A DNA stretch of 59,873 bases from a virus (taxonomy: Duplodnaviria; Caudoviricetes), in IMG/VR virus record IMGVR_UViG_3300012943_000036, positions 1 to 59,873 of that record. One strand, 5' to 3'. Of the stretch, positions 58,853 through 59,873 are shown piece after piece; position 1 is the first letter of the stretch, and every line of letters starts with the position of its first letter. The notes beneath the pieces were generated by a model that saw only the letters and a list, made by a program, of their open reading frames with translations, did no database searches and was not told the DNA's origin. A program made the translations under genes and the position numbers.

Positions 58853-58888
58853 CATACTAGAAAGACGTGACATAGGTGCGCACCCCTA

Positions 58889-59298
58889 TGTCGACTTGTT
58901 TTATCGTCTTTCGGAATGCGTTTATCGGAATGCGTTTATTAGTAGGCGCGACCGATATCGAAAGAATGCGTTATCGGAATACACACAACTAGCGTTATGA
59001 AAGCCGTTATCAGAACACATTACCGATATGCGCCATAACACAATACAGAATGCAACGGATAGGGTTACGACTAACCGCATTCTGATTGCACCATATCCAT
59101 TGTCGACTTGTTTTATCGACTTATTCGATAACCCGTTTGTCAATCCCATGTCCACATATCGGACACTGGTCTAGACCAGTCCACATATCGGACACTAGAC
59201 ATTGACCTATTGTCGACTGTTTCACAAGACTAACGCGGATCACCCGATGCACGGTTTGTCAACCACATATAGATTCTCACGAAACTGGTCTAGACCAG
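58889..59298. repeat. Cluster of short direct repeats and palindromes
   Basis: TGTCGACTTGTTTTATCG x2 (58889, 59101), CGGAATGCGTTTAT tandem x2, GTCCACATATCGGACACT x2, CTGGTCTAGACCAG x2. Confidence 0.8.
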
Positions 59299-59397
59299 CC
59301 CCGATTCCGACCTATAGGCACCGACTTTTGGGTACGATGTCCGTAGGGCATCGCGCCCACCGGGCCACCGGCCCGGCCACTAGATAGGATCCGACTC

Positions 59398-59873
59398 ATG
59401 ATCGACTACACCGCAATCGACACCACCGCAACAACCGCCGCCTACCGTGCGGCCGACGCGTCCGAAAAGGCACGCATGCGGGCCGCCGCATCGGACGCCA
59501 TCACAACCGCCGTGTCGTCGGGTGACATCGCCGCCGCGCAATCGGCGGTTGCGCACCGCGACGCGATGACCGTTGACCGAAAGTCGACCACCGAGGTCGA
59601 CTATGCCGCACGCATCGCCGACCATGCCGCAACGTTGTACGCCGCCTATGCCGCGATTCTGTCGGGCGCCTACGTGTTGCCCGACGGTGTGTCCGTCGAC
59701 GTCGACACGATCGACTTTGCGGCCGGTTCGCCCGATTCCGCGGCCGTGACGCGGTTGTCGGCCGTGTCCGGCCGGAAAGTCGGACGCGGGTGCGTGTCCG
59801 ACTACATCGCGTCGGTGGTGTCCGATGACCCGATGACCATTGCGGGCATGCGCGCCGCATGGGTCGCGTCGGA
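59398..59873 (+). CDS. Ala/Asp-rich hypothetical protein, truncated by window end (not in ORF track)
   Basis: ATG 59398 with AGGA upstream; open to the end: MIDYTAIDTTATTAAYRAAD. Confidence 0.75.
   Translation, partial: MIDYTAIDTTATTAAYRAADASEKARMRAAASDAITTAVSSGDIAAAQSAVAHRDAMTVDRKSTTEVDYAARIADHAATLYAAYAAILSGAYVLPDGVSVDVDTIDFAAGSPDSAAVTRLSAVSGRKVGRGCVSDYIASVVSDDPMTIAGMRAAWVAS

Larger units (their letters stand above)
1..59873. mobile_element. Tailed actinobacteriophage genome segment (siphovirus-like)
   Basis: Ordered terminase-portal-protease-capsid-tail-tape measure-lysis module plus phage replication genes; WhiB and REPA-type holin point to an actinobacterial host; no host housekeeping genes. 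Confidence 0.95.

Noticed and set aside
58889-59200. Direct repeats as a mini-CRISPR array
   Set aside because: Repeats are 14-18 nt, only pairs, with irregular spacing
57803-59387. Short ORFs in the repeat region
   Set aside because: No RBS or typical codon usage; dominated by DNA repeats
1-59873. tRNA genes, introns, inteins, alternative genetic code
   Set aside because: No cloverleaf found by eye; core genes are uninterrupted and of normal length under the standard code

Overview
This window is most of a tailed actinobacteriophage genome (siphovirus-like: WhiB, REPA-type holin, leaderless promoters, no tail sheath). Positions 345-20214 (+) hold early, replication and recombination genes: a XerC/D-type tyrosine recombinase, SSB-like protein, SNF2 helicase, Orn-like exonuclease, beta sliding clamp, RusA, MazG, DNA methyltransferase, WhiB and a Cas4-like nuclease. 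Positions 20204-53164 (-) hold the late genes: a probable TGT-fold/4-Cys gene in the small-terminase position, large terminase, portal, ClpP-type protease/scaffold, decoration and capsid proteins, neck, tail tube, chaperones with a GGGGGAA -1 frameshift, a 1753-aa tape measure, minor tail and fibre proteins, and the lysis cassette. Positions 53374-56749 (+) encode an AEP primase and a CHC2 zinc-finger/helicase. The largely non-coding stretch 57790-59397 is the most unusual part. It has 12 CGTAGAC repeats, a G-tract hairpin, a symmetric dif-like 11-6-11 site, and an abrupt switch to sequence almost free of GAG/CTC that continues into a truncated gene. Positions 60-320 look like a structured RNA. 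No tRNA, rRNA, CRISPR array, DNA polymerase or reverse transcriptase was seen. All functional calls come from reading motifs by eye; no searches were run.
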